A stretch of DNA of 64,000 nt from assembly GCF_009914755.1 (NCBI RefSeq), contig NC_060940.1. One strand, given 5' to 3'. Source of the stretch: the human T2T-CHM13v2.0 reference genome, Homo sapiens. The translations under genes were made by a program, and so were the position numbers. This document shows, piece after piece, positions 30,659 to 45,800 of the stretch. Below the pieces are notes generated by a model that was not told the DNA's origin, ran no database searches, and was given only the letters and a program-made list of their open reading frames with translations. Within the stretch, counting starts at the first letter, position 1. Each line of letters opens with the position of its first letter.

Positions 30659-33600
30659 TTTGATAATGATTCTACTAGAGTCCATTCAATGACTCCATTG
30701 GAGTCCATTCAACAATTCCATTCGACTCCATTTGATGATTCCATTGGATTCCATTTGATGATTCCATTCGAGTCCATTTAATCATTACAATCGAGTCCAT
30801 TTGGTGATTCCACCGGCTTTCTTTTGATAATGATACCATTCAATTACATTTGATGATGATCCCATTCAATTTCATTTGATGATGATTCCATTAGAGTCCA
30901 TTCGATGATTTCATTCGAGTCCCTTCATTGATTCCATCCGATTTCATTGGATGATGACTCCATTCGAGTCCATTCGATGATTCCACTCGATTCCATTAGA
31001 TGATTCCATTGGAGTCCATTTGATTGTTCCATTCGATTCCATTCGATTCCTTTCGAAGATTATTCCATTTGAGTCCATTCGATGATGATTCCATTCCATT
31101 CCATTCGATGATTCCGTTTGATTCCATTCGATGATTCCCTTCCATTCCTTTCTTTGATGATTCCATTCCATTCCATTCAATGATTCCATTCGAATCTATT
31201 CCATGATGATTCCTTTCGATTCCATTCGCTGATGTTTCCGTTCAATTCCATTCGATGATGATTCCATTCGATTCCATTCATTGAGGATTCCATTTGATTC
31301 CATTCAATGATGATTCCGTTCTATTCCATTCAATGATTGCATTCAATTCCATTCAGTGATTATCCCCTTAGAGTAAACTCAACGATTCCATTCAATACCA
31401 TTCGATGATGATTCCTTTTGAGTCCATTCAATGATTTCATTCAAGTCCATTTGATGATTCCTTTCAATTCCATTCTATGATGATTCCATTCGAGTCCATT
31501 CGATGATTCCATTCGATTGCATTCGATGATTCCATTATATTCCAGTCAACGATGATTCCATTCGAGTCCATTCGATGATTCCATTAGAGTACATTTAATG
31601 ATTGCTTTGTTTTCAATTCGAAGATGATTACATTGGATTCCATTCTATGATACCATTCGATTCCATTCAATGATGATTCCACTCAAATCCATTGGATGAT
31701 TCCATTCGTGTCCATTCGGTGATTTCATTAGATTCCATTCGAGGATGATTCCATTCGATTCCATTCGATGATTCCATTCAATTCCATTCGAGGATGATTC
31801 CATTCCAGTCCATATGATCATTCCATTTGATTTCATTCGATGATGATTCCATTCGATTCCATTCGATGATTCCATTCTATTCCATTCGATGATGATTCCA
31901 TTCGAGTCCATTCGATGATTCCATTCGAGTCCATTTAATGATTCCATTGGGTTCAATTCAATGATGATTACATTGGATTCCGTTCTATGATTCCATTCAA
32001 TTCCGTTCATTGACAATTTGATTCCATTCGATGATGATTCCATTTGAGTTCATTCGATGATTCTATTCGATTCTCTTCGATGGTGATTCAATTCTATTAT
32101 ATTGGATGATTCCATTCGATTCCATTTGATGTTGATTCAATTCGATTCTATTCGATGATGATTCCATTGGATTTCACTTGATGATTCTATTCGATTCCAT
32201 TCAATGATGATTCACTTCTCGTCCATTGGATGATTCCATTTCATTCCATTCGATGATGATTCCATTCGATTCCATTCGATGATTCCATTTGATTCCATGC
32301 GTCGGTGAGCAATTCGATTCAATTCCATGATGATTCTATTTGATTCAATTAGATGATGTTTCCATTCGAATCCATTCCATGATTATTCCATTGGAATCCA
32401 TTCGGCGATGATTCCATATGAGTCAATTCAATGATGATTCCATATGGGTCCGTTCGATGATAATTCCATTTGATTTCATTCGGTGCTTCTATTCAATTCC
32501 AGTCGATGATGATTCCGTTGGAGTCCATACGATGATTCCATTTGATTTCATTTGATGATGATTCCATTCGATGATGATTACATTGGATTCCATTCTATGA
32601 TTCCATTCAATTCCATTCGTTGATGATTCGATTCCATTCAATGATGATTCCATTTGAGTTCATTCGATGATTCTATTCGATTCCGTTCGATGGTGATTCA
32701 ATTCTCTTATATTGGATGAATCCACTCGATTCCATTTGATGATTATTCCATTGGAGTCCACTTAGTGAATCCTTCAGATTCTACTCGAAGATGATTCCAT
32801 TCAAGTCCATTCGATGATACCATTCAATTCCATTCGTTGATGCTTCCATTCAAGTGCATTCGATGATATCATTCGATTCCATTTGATGATAATTCCATTT
32901 GATTCCGTGCGATGATTCTATTCGATTCCATTCAATGATAATTCCATTCAGTTCAGTGATTCCTCTGGACTCCATTTGATGATGATTCCATTCAATGATT
33001 CCATTCGATTCTATTCGAAAGTGATTCCATTTGAATCCATTTGATGATGATTCCATTAGATTCCATTTGATGATTCCATTCGATTCCATTTGACGATGAT
33101 TCCATTCGATTCCATGTGATGATTCCATTCTATTCTATTCGATGATGATTCCATTCGATTCCATTCGATGATGATTGGATTCGATTCCATTTGATGATTT
33201 CATTTGATTCCATTCGTTAATGATTTCGATCAATTCCATTCGATGATTTCATTCGATTCCATTCGATAATGATTACATCCGTGTCCATTCAGTGATTCCA
33301 TTTGAGCCTGTTCGATAATTCCATTTGAGTCCAACCAATGATTCCATTCATTTCCCTTCCATGATTCCATTCGAGTCCATTTGATCATTCCGGTAGGGTC
33401 CATTCGATGTTGATTCCATTGGAGTGCATTCGATGATTCCATTCGAGTCCATTTTATGATTTGATTCGAGTTCTTTCGATGATTCCATTCGATTCCACTC
33501 GATGATGATTTCATTCGAGTCCATTCGACACTTCCAATCGATTCCATTTGATGTTTCCATTCGAGTCCAATTGATGATTCCATTCAATTCCATTCGATGA

Positions 33601-36600
33601 TGATTCCGTACGATTCCATTCTGTGATGATTCCATGTGATTGCATTCAATGATGATTCCTTTAGATTGCATTCGATTGTGATTCATTTCGTCTTCATTCT
33701 ATGGTTCCACAGGTTTCCATTCGTGTCCATTCCATTATTCCATTCTATTCCATTTGATGATGATTCCATTCGATTCCATTCATTGGTGATTCCACTCAAT
33801 TCCATTCAATGATTCCATTCCATTTCTTTCAACAATGATTCCATTAGTTTCTAATCGATGATCCACTTGATTCCATTTGACGACGATTCCATTCTTGTCC
33901 ATTCGATGATTCCATTTGATTCCATATGATGATGATTCCATTCGATTCCATACGATGATGATTCCATTCGAGTCCATTCAATGGTGATTCCATTCAATTC
34001 CATTCGATGATTCCTTTCGATTCCATTCGATGATGATGGCATTCGATTCCTTTCAATCATTCCCTTTGATTCCATTCAAAGGTGATTTCATTCAAGTCCA
34101 TTCGATAATTGCATTCGATTCCATTCTATGATGATTCCATTCGAGTCCATTTGATGATTCCATTCAATTCAAGTCAATGATGATTCCATTCGATTCCATT
34201 CGATGATTCCATTGGATTCCATTCGATGATGATTCCATTCAAATCCATTCGATAATTCAATTCAAGTCCATTCGATGATGATTAAAATCGAATCCATTCA
34301 AAGATTCCATTCAGTTCCATTCGATGATTCCCTTAGATTCCATTCGATGATTCCACTTGATTTCATTTACGATGATTCCATTCGATTCCATGTGATGATT
34401 CCATTCAATTCTATTCAATGCTGTTTCCATTTCTTTCCATTCGACCATGATTGCCTTTGATTCCATTCAATGACTCCATTCGGTTCCTTTTGATGATGAT
34501 TCCGTTCGATTCCATTTCATTATTCCATTTGATTCCATTGGATGAGTCCATTCGATTACATTCGATGATTATTCCATTCGAGTGCATTAGATGATTCCAT
34601 TCGAGTCCATTCGATGATTCCATTCGATTCCATTCGATGTTGATTCTGTTCAAATCCATTCGATGATTCCACTCGATTCCATTCGATGACTCCAGTTGAT
34701 CCCATTCGATGATTTCCTTTGATTCCCTTTGATGATCATTCCATTTGATTCAATTCGGTGATTTCATTTGATTCCATTCAGTGATGTTTCCATTCGACTC
34801 CATTCGATGATGATTCCATTCGACTCCATTCGATTATGATTTCATTCAATTCCATTCGATAATGATTCCCTTCGAGTCCATTCGATGATTCCATTCGATT
34901 CCATTCAACGATGATTTGATTCGTGTCCATTCGATGATTCCATTTGATTCCACTTGATGATGATTCCATTCGAGTCCATTTGATGATTCCATTCAATTCC
35001 ATTCTCCGATGATTTCTTTTGAGCCCACTCAATGCTTCCACTCGATTCCATATGATGATGACTCCATTCGATGAAATTCGATGATGATTCCATTCGCTTG
35101 CATTCGATGATGATTCCACTTGAGTCCATTAGAAGATTCTATTCAATTACATTCCATGACGATTCCGTTCGAGTCCATTTGATGATTCCATTAGACTCCA
35201 TTCGACGATGATTCCATTCGATGTTATTCGATGATTCCATTCGATCTCATTCGATGATGATTCCATTCAACTCCATTCGATGTTTCCATTCGAGTTCATT
35301 CTATTATTCCATTAGATTCCATTCGATGATGATTCCATTCGATTCCATTTGATGATTGCATTCTATTTCATTTGATGATGATTCCATTCGAGTCCACTCG
35401 ATGATTCCATTCGAGTCCATTTAATGAATCCATTGGTTTCAATTCTATGATGATTACATTGGATTCCATTCGTTGATGATTTCATTCGGTTCCATTCAAT
35501 GATGATTCCATTCAATTCCTTTCAATGTTTCCATTCAATTCCATACGATGATGATTCCATTTGATTTGATTCGACAGTGAGCCATTCGATTCAATTCCAT
35601 GATGATTCTATTTGATTCCATTGGTTGACATTTCCATTCGATTCCATTCGATGATGATTCCCTTTGATTCCATTCAAAGATGATTCCATTCTAGCCCATT
35701 CAATCATTCCATTCGATTCTATTCAATGATGATTCCATTCATGTCGATTTGGTGATTCCATTTGACTTCATTTGATGATGATTCCTTTCAAGTTCATTAG
35801 ATGATTCCATTCGATTCCATTTGATGATGATCCCATTCGAGTCCATTCAGTGATTCCACTCGTTTCCATTCCATGATGATTCCATTCCATTCCATTCAAT
35901 GATTCCATTCGATTCCGTTTGATGATGATTTCATTCGAGTCCATTTGATGATTCCATTTGATTCCATTCGATGATGATTCCATTCGAGTCCATTCGATGA
36001 TTCTATTCGAATCCATTTGATGATTTCTTTTGATTATATTTGGTGATGATTCCATTGGAGTCCATTCAATGATTCCATTCGATTCCAATCGATGGTGATT
36101 CCATTAGAGTCCATTTAATGATTCCATTTGATTCCAGTCTCTGATGATTACATTCGAGTCCATACGATGATTCCACTCAATTCCATATCATGATGATTCC
36201 ATTCGATTCCATTCGATGATTCCATTCTATTCTATTCAATGGTGATTCCATTCGAGTACATTAGATGATTCCATTCGATTCCATTCAATGATGATTCTAT
36301 TTGTGTCCCTTAGATGATTCCACATGATTCCATTAGATGATGATACTATTTGAGCCCATCCAATGATTCCCTTCGATTCCATTCGATGAGGATTCCATTC
36401 GATTCAATTCATTGGTGATTCTATTCAATTCAATTCTTTGATTCCATTCCATTCCATTCGACAATGATTCCATTCGATTTCTTTCGATGATTCCACTCGA
36501 TTCCACTTGACATTGATTCCCTTCGATTCCATTCAATGATTCCATTTGATTCCAGTGGATGATGATTGCCATCGATTCCATTTGATCACTCCATTCTATT

Positions 36601-36770
36601 CCACTTGATGATGATTACATTCGATTCCATTTGACGATTCCATCTGATTCTATTCGAGGATTCCATTTGATTCCATTCGATGATGATTCCATTCGAGTCC
36701 ATTCGATGATATCATTCGAGTACATCCAATGATTCCATTCGAGTCCATTTGATGATTCCATTTGATTCCA
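30659..36770 (+). repeat. Higher-order unit 6 (6,112 bp, mosaic)
   Basis: Anchors at 30659 and 36771; cluster of variants at ~33085-33475. Confidence 0.92.
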
Positions 36771-39700
36771 TTTGATAATGATTCTACTAGAGTCCATTCA
36801 ATGACTCCATTGGAGTCCATTCAACAATTCCATTCGACTCCATTTGATGATTCCATTGGATTCCATTTGATGATTCCATTCGAGTCCATTTAATCATTAC
36901 AGTCGAGTCCATTTGGTGATTCCACCGGCTTTCTTTTGATAATGATACCATTCAATTACATTTGATGATGATCCCATTCAATTTCATTTGATGATGATTC
37001 CATTAGAGTCCATTCGATGATTTCATTCGAGTCCCTTCATTGATTCCATCCGATTTCATTGGATGATGACTCCATTCGAGTCCATTCGATGATTCCACTC
37101 GATTCCATTAGATGATTCCATTGGAGTCCATTTGATTGTTCCATTCGATTCCATTCGATTCCTTTCGAAGATTATTCCATTTGAGTCCATTCGATGATGA
37201 TTCCATTCCATTCCATTCGATGATTCCGTTTGATTCCATTTGATGATTCCCTTCGATTCCTTTCTTTGATGATTCCATTCCATTCCATTCAATGATTCCA
37301 TTCGAATCTATTCCATGATGATTCCTTTCGATTCCATTCGCTGATGTTTCCGTTCAATTCCATTCGATGATGATTCCATTCGATTCCATTCATTGAGGAT
37401 TCCATTTGATTCCATTCAATGATGATTCCGTTCTATTCCATTCAATGATTGCATTCAATTCCATTAAGTGATTATCCCCTTAGAGTAAACTCAACGATTC
37501 CATTCAATACCATTCGATGATGATTCCTTTTGAGTCCATTCAATGATTTCATTCAAGTCCATTTGATGATTCCTTTGAATTCCATTCTATGATGATTCCA
37601 TTCGAGTCCATTCGATGATTCCATTCGATTGCATTCGATGATTCCATTATATTCCAGTCAACGATGATTCCATTCGAGTCCATTCGATGATTCCATTAGA
37701 GTACATTTAATGATTGCTTTGTTTTCAATTCGAAGATGATTACATTGGATTCCATTCTATGATACCATTCGATTCCATTCAATGATGATTCCACTCAAAT
37801 CCATTGGATGATTCCATTCGTGTCCATTCGGTGATTTCATTAGATTCCATTCGAGGATGATTCCATTCGATTCCATTCGATGATTCCATTCAATTCCATT
37901 CGAGGATGATTCCATTCCAGTCCATATGATCATTCCATTTGATTTCATTCGATGATGATTCCATTCGATTCCATTCGATGATTCCATTCTATTCCATTCG
38001 ATGATGATTCCATTCGAGTCCATTCGATGATTCCATTCGAGTCCATTTAATGATTCCATTGGGTTCAATTCAATGATGATTACATTGGATTCCGTTCTAT
38101 GATTCCATTCAATTCCGTTCATTGACAATTTGATTCCATTCGATGATGATTCCATTTGAGTTCATTCGATGATTCTATTCGATTCTCTTCGATGGTGATT
38201 CAATTCTATTATATTGGATGATTCCATTCGATTCCATTTGATGTTGATTCAATTCGATTCTATTCGATGATGATTCCATTGGATTTCACTTGATGATTCT
38301 ATTCGATTCCATTCAATGATGATTCACTTCTCGTCCATTGGATGATTCCATTTCATTCCATTCGATGATGATTCCATTCGATTCCATTCGATGATTCCAT
38401 TTGATTCCATGCGTCGGTGAGCAATTCGATTCAATTCCATGATGATTCTATTTGATTCAATTAGATGATGTTTCCATTCGAATCCATTCCATGATTATTC
38501 CATTGGAATCCATTCGGCGATGATTCCATATGAGTCAATTCAATGATGATTCCATATGGGTCCGTTCGATGATAATTCCATTTGATTTCATTCGGTGCTT
38601 CTATTCAATTCCAGTCGATGATGATTCCGTTGGAGTCCATACGATGATTCCATTTGATTTCATTTGATGATGATTCCATTCGATGATGATTACATTGGAT
38701 TCCATTCTATGATTCCATTCAATTCCATTCGTTGATGATTCGATTCCATTCAATGATGATTCCATTTGAGTTCATTCGATGATTCTATTCGATTCCGTTC
38801 GATGGTGATTCAATTCTCTTATATTGGATGAATCCACTCGATTCCATTTGATGATTATTCCATTGGAGTCCACTTAGTGAATCCTTCAGATTCTACTCGA
38901 AGATGATTCCATTCAAGTCCATTCGATGATACCATTCAATTCCATTCGTTGATGCTTCCATTCAAGTGCATTCGATGATATCATTCGATTCCATTTGATG
39001 ATAATTCCATTTGATTCCGTGCGATGATTCTATTCGATTCCATTCAATGATAATTCCATTCAGTTCAGTGATTCCTCTGGACTCCATTTGATGATGATTC
39101 CATTCAATGATTCCATTCGATTCTATTCGAAAGTGATTCCATTTGAATCCATTTGATGATGATTCCATTAGATTCCATTTGATGATTCCATTCGATTCCA
39201 TGCGACGATGATTCCATTCGATTCCATGTGATGATTCCATTCTATTCTATTCGATGATGATTCCATTCGATTCCATTCGATGATGATTGGATTCGATTCC
39301 ATTTGATGATATCATTTGATTCCATTCGTTAATGATTTCGATCAATTCCATTCGATGATTCCATTCGATTCCATTCGATAATGATTACATCCGTGTCCAT
39401 TCAGTGATTCCATTTGAGCCTGTTCGATAATTCCATTTGAGTCCAACCAATGATTCCATTCATTTCCATTCAATGATTCCATTCGAGTCCATTTGATCAT
39501 TCCGGTAGGGTCCATTCGATGTTGATTCCATTGGAGTGCATTCGATGATTCCATTCGAGTCCATTTTACGATTTGATTCGAGTCCTTTCGATGATTCCAT
39601 TCGATTCCACTCGATGATGATTTCATTCGAGTCCATTCGACACTTCCAATCGATTCCATTTGATGTTTCCATTCGATTCCAATTGATGATTCCATTCAAT

Positions 39701-42700
39701 TCCATTCGATGATGATTCCGTAGGATTCCATTCTGTGATGATTCCATGTGATTGCATTCAATGATGATTCCTTTAGATTGCATTCGATTGTGATTCATTT
39801 CGTCTTCATTCTATGGTTCCACAGGTTTCCATTCGTGTCCATTCCATTATTCCATTCTATTCCATTTGATGATGATTCCATTCGATTCCATTCATTGGTG
39901 ATTCCACTCAATTCCATTCAATGATTCCATTCCATTTCTTTCAACAATGATTCCATTAGTTTCTAATCGATGATCCACTTGATTCCATTTGACGACGATT
40001 CCATTCTTGTCCATTCGATGGTTCCATTTGATTCCATATGATGATGATTCCATTCGATTCCATACGATGATGATTCCATTCGAGTCCATTCAATGGTGAT
40101 TCCATTCAATTCCATTCGATGATTCCTTTCGATTCCATTCGATGATGATGGCATTCGATTCCTTTCAATCATTCCCTTTGATTCCATTCAAAGGTGATTT
40201 CATTCAAGTCCATTCGATAATTGCATTCGATTCCATTCTATGATGATTCCATTCGAGTCCATTTGATGATTCCATTCAATTCAAGTCAATGATGATTCCA
40301 TTCGATTCCATTCGATGATTCCATTGGATTCCATTCGATGATGATTCCATTCAAATCCATTCGATAATTCAATTCAAGTCCATTCGATGATGATTAAAAT
40401 CGAATCCATTCAAAGATTCCATTCAGTTCCATTCGATGATTCCCTTAGATTCCATTCGATGATTCCACTTGATTTCATTTACGATGATTCCATTCGATTC
40501 CATGTGATGATTCCATTCAATTCTATTCAATGCTGTTTCCATTTGATTCCATTCGACCATGATTGCCTTTGATTCCATTCAATGACTCCATTCGGTTCCT
40601 TTTGATGATGATTCCGTTCGATTCCATTTCATTATTCCATTTGATTCCATTGGATGAGTCCATTCGATTACATTCGATGATTATTCCATTCGAGTGCATT
40701 AGATGATTCCATTCGAGTCCATTCGATGATTCCATTCGATTCCATTCGATGTTGATTCTGTTCAAATCCATTCGATGATTCCACTCGATTCCATTCGATG
40801 ACTCCAGTTGATCCCATTCGATGATTTCCTTTGATTCCCTTTGATGATCATTCCATTTGATTCAATTCGGTGATTTCATTTGATTCCATTCAGTGATGTT
40901 TCCATTCGACTCCATTCGATGATGATTCCATTCGACTCCATTCGATTATGATTTCATTCAATTCCATTCGATAATGATTCCCTTCGAGTCCATTCGATGA
41001 TTCCATTCGATTCCATTCAACGATGATTTGATTCGTGTCCATTCGATGATTCCATTTGATTCCACTTGATGATGATTCCATTCGAGTCCATTTGATGATT
41101 CCATTCAATTCCATTCTCCGATGATTTCTTTTGAGCCCACTCAATGCTTCCACTCGATTCCATATGATGATGACTCCATTCGATGAAATTCGATGATGAT
41201 TCCATTCGCTTGCATTCGATGATGATTCCACTTGAGTCCATTAGAAGATTCTATTCAATTACATTCCATGACGATTCCGTTCGAGTCCATTTGATGATTC
41301 CATTAGACTCCATTCGACGATGATTCCATTCGATGTTATTCGATGATTCCATTCGATCTCATTCGATGATGATTCCATTCAACTCCATTCGATGTTTCCA
41401 TTCGAGTTCATTCTATTATTCCATTAGATTCCATTCGATGATGATTCCATTCGATTCCATTTGATGATTGCATTCTATTTCATTTGATGATGATTCCATT
41501 CGAGTCCACTCGATGATTCCATTCGAGTCCATTTAATGAATCCATTGGTTTCAATTCTATGATGATTACATTGGATTCCATTCGTTGATGATTTCATTCG
41601 GTTCCATTCAATGATGATTCCATTCAATTCCTTTCAATGTTTCCATTCAATTCCATACGATGATGATTCCATTTGATTTGATTCGACAGTGAGCCATTCG
41701 ATTCAATTCCATGATGATTCTATTTGATTCCATTGGTTGACATTTCCATTCGATTCCATTCGATGATGATTCCCTTTGATTCCATTCAAAGATGATTCCA
41801 TTCTAGCCCATTCAATCATTCCATTCGATTCTATTCAATGATGATTCCATTCATGTCGATTAGGTGATTCCATTTGACTTCATTTGATGATGATTCCTTT
41901 CAAGTTCATTAGATGATTCCATTCGATTCCATTTGATGATGATCCCATTCGAGTCCATTCAGTGATTCCACTCGTTTCCATTCCATGATGATTCCATTCC
42001 ATTCCATTCAATGATTCCATTCGATTCCGTTTGATGATGATTTCATTCGAGTCCATTTGATGATTCCATTTGATTCCATTCGATGATGATTCCATTCGAG
42101 TCCATTCGATGATTCTATTCGAATCCATTTGATGATTTTTTTGATTATATTTGGTGATGATTCCATTGGAGTCCATTCAATGATTCCATTCGATTCCAAT
42201 CGATGGTGATTCCATTAGAGTCCATTTAATGATTCCATTTGATTCCAGTCTCTGATGATTACATTCGAGTCCATACGATGATTCCACTCAATTCCATATC
42301 ATGATGATTCCATTCGATTCCATTCGATGATTCCATTCTATTCTATTCAATGGTGATTCCATTCGAGTACATTAGATGATTCCATTCGATTCCATTCAAT
42401 GATGATTCTATTTGTGTCCCTTAGATGATTCCACATGATTCCATTAGATGATGATACTATTTGAGCCCATCCAATGATTCCCTTCGATTCCATTCGATGA
42501 GGATTCCATTCGATTCAATTCATTGGTGATTCTATTCAATTCAATTCTTTGATTCCATTCCATTCCATTCGACAATGATTCCATTCGATTTCTTTCGATG
42601 ATTCCACTCGATTCCACTTGACATTGATTCCCTTCGATTCCATTCAATGATTCCATTTGATTCCAGTGGATGATGATTGCCATCGATTCCATTTGATCAC

Positions 42701-42881
42701 TCCATTCTATTCCACTTGATGATGATTACATTCGATTCCATTTGACGATTCCATCTGATTCTATTCGAGGATTCCATTTGATTCCATTCGATGATGATTC
42801 CATTCGAGTCCATTCGATGATATCATTCGAGTACATCCAATGATTCCATTCGAGTCCATTTGATGATTCCATTTGATTCCA
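36771..42881 (+). repeat. Higher-order unit 7 (6,111 bp; B-like, 1-bp deletion)
   Basis: Anchors at 36771 and 42882; TTTCTTTT became T7 at 42136-42142; ORF offsets drop by 1. Confidence 0.92.
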
Positions 42882-45800
42882 TTTGATAATGATTCTACTA
42901 GAGTCCATTCAATGACTCCATTGGAGTCCATTCAACAATTCCATTCGACTCCATTTGATGATTCCATTGGATTCCATTTGATGATTCCATTCGAGTCCAT
43001 TTAATCATTACAATCGAGTCCATTTGGTGATTCCACCGGCTTTCTTTTGATAATGATATCATTCAATTACATTTAATGATGATCCCATTCAATTTCATTT
43101 GATGATGATTCCATTAGAGTCCATTCGATGATTTCATTCGAGTCCCTTCATTGATTCCATCCGATTTCATTGGATGATGACTCCATTCGAGTCCATTCGA
43201 TGATTCCACTCGATTCCATTAGATGATTCCATTGGAGTCCATTTGATTGTTCCATTCGATTCCATTCGATTCCTTTCGAAGATTATTCCATTTGAGTCCA
43301 TTCGATGATGATTCCATTCCATTCCATTCGATGATTCCGTTTGATTCCATTCGATGATTCCCTTCCATTCCTTTCTTTGATGATTCCATTCCATTCCATT
43401 CAATGATTCCATTCGAATCTATTCCATGATGATTCCTTTCGATTCCATTCGCTGATGTTTCCGTTCAATTCCATTCGATGATGATTCCATTCGATTCCAT
43501 TCATTGAGGATTCCATTTGATTCCATTCAATGATGATTCCGTTCTATTCCATTCAATGATTGCATTCAATTCCATTCAGTGATTATCCCCTTAGAGTAAA
43601 CTCAACGATTCCATTCAATACCATTCGATGATGATTCCTTTTGAGTCCATTCAATGATTTCATTCAAGTCCATTTGATGATTCCTTTCAATTCCATTCTA
43701 TGATGATTCCATTCGAGTCCATTCGATGATTCCATTCGATTGCATTCGATTATTCCATTATATTCCAGTCAACGATGATTCCATTCGAGTCCATTCGATG
43801 ATTCCATTAGAGTACATTTAATGATTGCTTTGTTTTCAATTCGAAGATGATTACATTGGATTCCATTCTATGATACCATTCGATTCCATTCAATGATGAT
43901 TCCACTCAAATCCATTGGATGATTCCATTCGTGTCCATTCGGTGATTTCATTAGATTCCATTCGAGGATGATTCCATTCGATTCCATTCGATGATTCCAT
44001 TCAATTCCATTCGAGGATGATTCCATTCCAGTCCATATGATCATTCCATTTGATTTCATTCGATGATGATTCCATTCGATTCCATTCGATGATTCCATTC
44101 TATTCCATTCGATGATGATTCCATTCGAGTCCATTCGATGATTCCATTCGAGTCCATTTAATGATTCCATTGGGTTCAATTCAATGATGATTACATTGGA
44201 TTCCGTTCTATGATTCCATTCAATTCCGTTCATTGACAATTTGATTCCATTCGATGATGATTCCATTTGAGTTCATTCGATGATTCTATTCGATTCTCTT
44301 CGATGGTGATTCAATTCTATTATATTGGATGATTCCATTCGATTCCATTTGATGTTGATTCAATTCGATTCTATTCGATGATGATTCCATTGGATTTCAC
44401 TTGATGATTCTATTCGATTCCATTCAATGATGATTCACTTCTCGTCCATTGGATGATTCCATTTCATTCCATTCGATGATGATTCCATTCGATTCCATTC
44501 GATGATTCCATTTGATTCCATGCGTCGGTGAGCAATTCGATTCAATTCCATGATGATTCTATTTGATTCAATTAGATGATGTTTCCATTCGAATCCATTC
44601 CATGATTATTCCATTGGAATCCATTCGGCGATGATTCCATATGAGTCAATTCAATGATGATTCCATATGGGTCCGTTCGATGATAATTCCATTTGATTTC
44701 ATTCGGTGCTTCTATTCAATTCCAGTCGATGATGATTCCGTTGGAGTCCATACGATGATTCCATTTGATTTCATTTGATGATGATTCCATTCGATGATGA
44801 TTACATTGGATTCCATTCTATGATTCCATTCAATTCCATTCGTTGATGATTCGATTCCATTCAATGATGATTCCATTTGAGTTCATTCGATGATTCTATT
44901 CGATTCCGTTCGATGGTGATTCAATTCTCTTATATTGGATGAATCCACTCGATTCCATTTGATGATTATTCCATTGGAGTCCACTTAGTGAATCCTTCAG
45001 ATTCTACTCGAAGATGATTCCATTCAAGTCCATTCGATGATACCATTCAATTCCATTCGTTGATGCTTCCATTCAAGTGCATTCGATGATATCATTCGAT
45101 TCCATTTGATGATAATTCCATTTGATTCCATGCGATGATTCTATTCGATTCCATTCAATGATAATTCCATTCAGTTCAGTGATTCCTCTGGACTCCATTT
45201 GATGATGATTCCATTCAATGATTCCATTCGATTCTATTCGAAAGTGATTCCATTTGAATCCATTTGATGATGATTCCATTAGATTCCATTTGATGATTCC
45301 ATTCGATTCCATGCGACGATGATTCCATTCGATTCCATGTGATGATTCCATTCTATTCTATTCGATGATGATTCCATTCGATTCCATTCGATGATGATTG
45401 GATTCGATTCCATTTGATGATATCATTTGATTCCATTCGTTAATGATTTCGATCAATTCCATTCGATGATTCCATTCGATTCCATTCGATAATGATTACA
45501 TCCGTGTCCATTCAGTGATTCCATTTGAGCCTGTTCGATAACTCCATTTGAGTCCAACCAATGATTCCATTCATTTCCATTCAATGATTCCATTCGAGTC
45601 CATTTGATCATTCCGGTAGGGTCCATTCGATGTTGATTCCATTGGAGTGCATTCGATGATTCCATTCGAGTCCATTTTACGATTTGATTCGAGTCCTTTC
45701 GATGATTCCATTCGATTCCACTCGATGATGATTTCATTCGAGTCCATTCGACACTTCCAATCGATTCCATTTGATGTTTCCATTCGAGTCCAATTGATGA

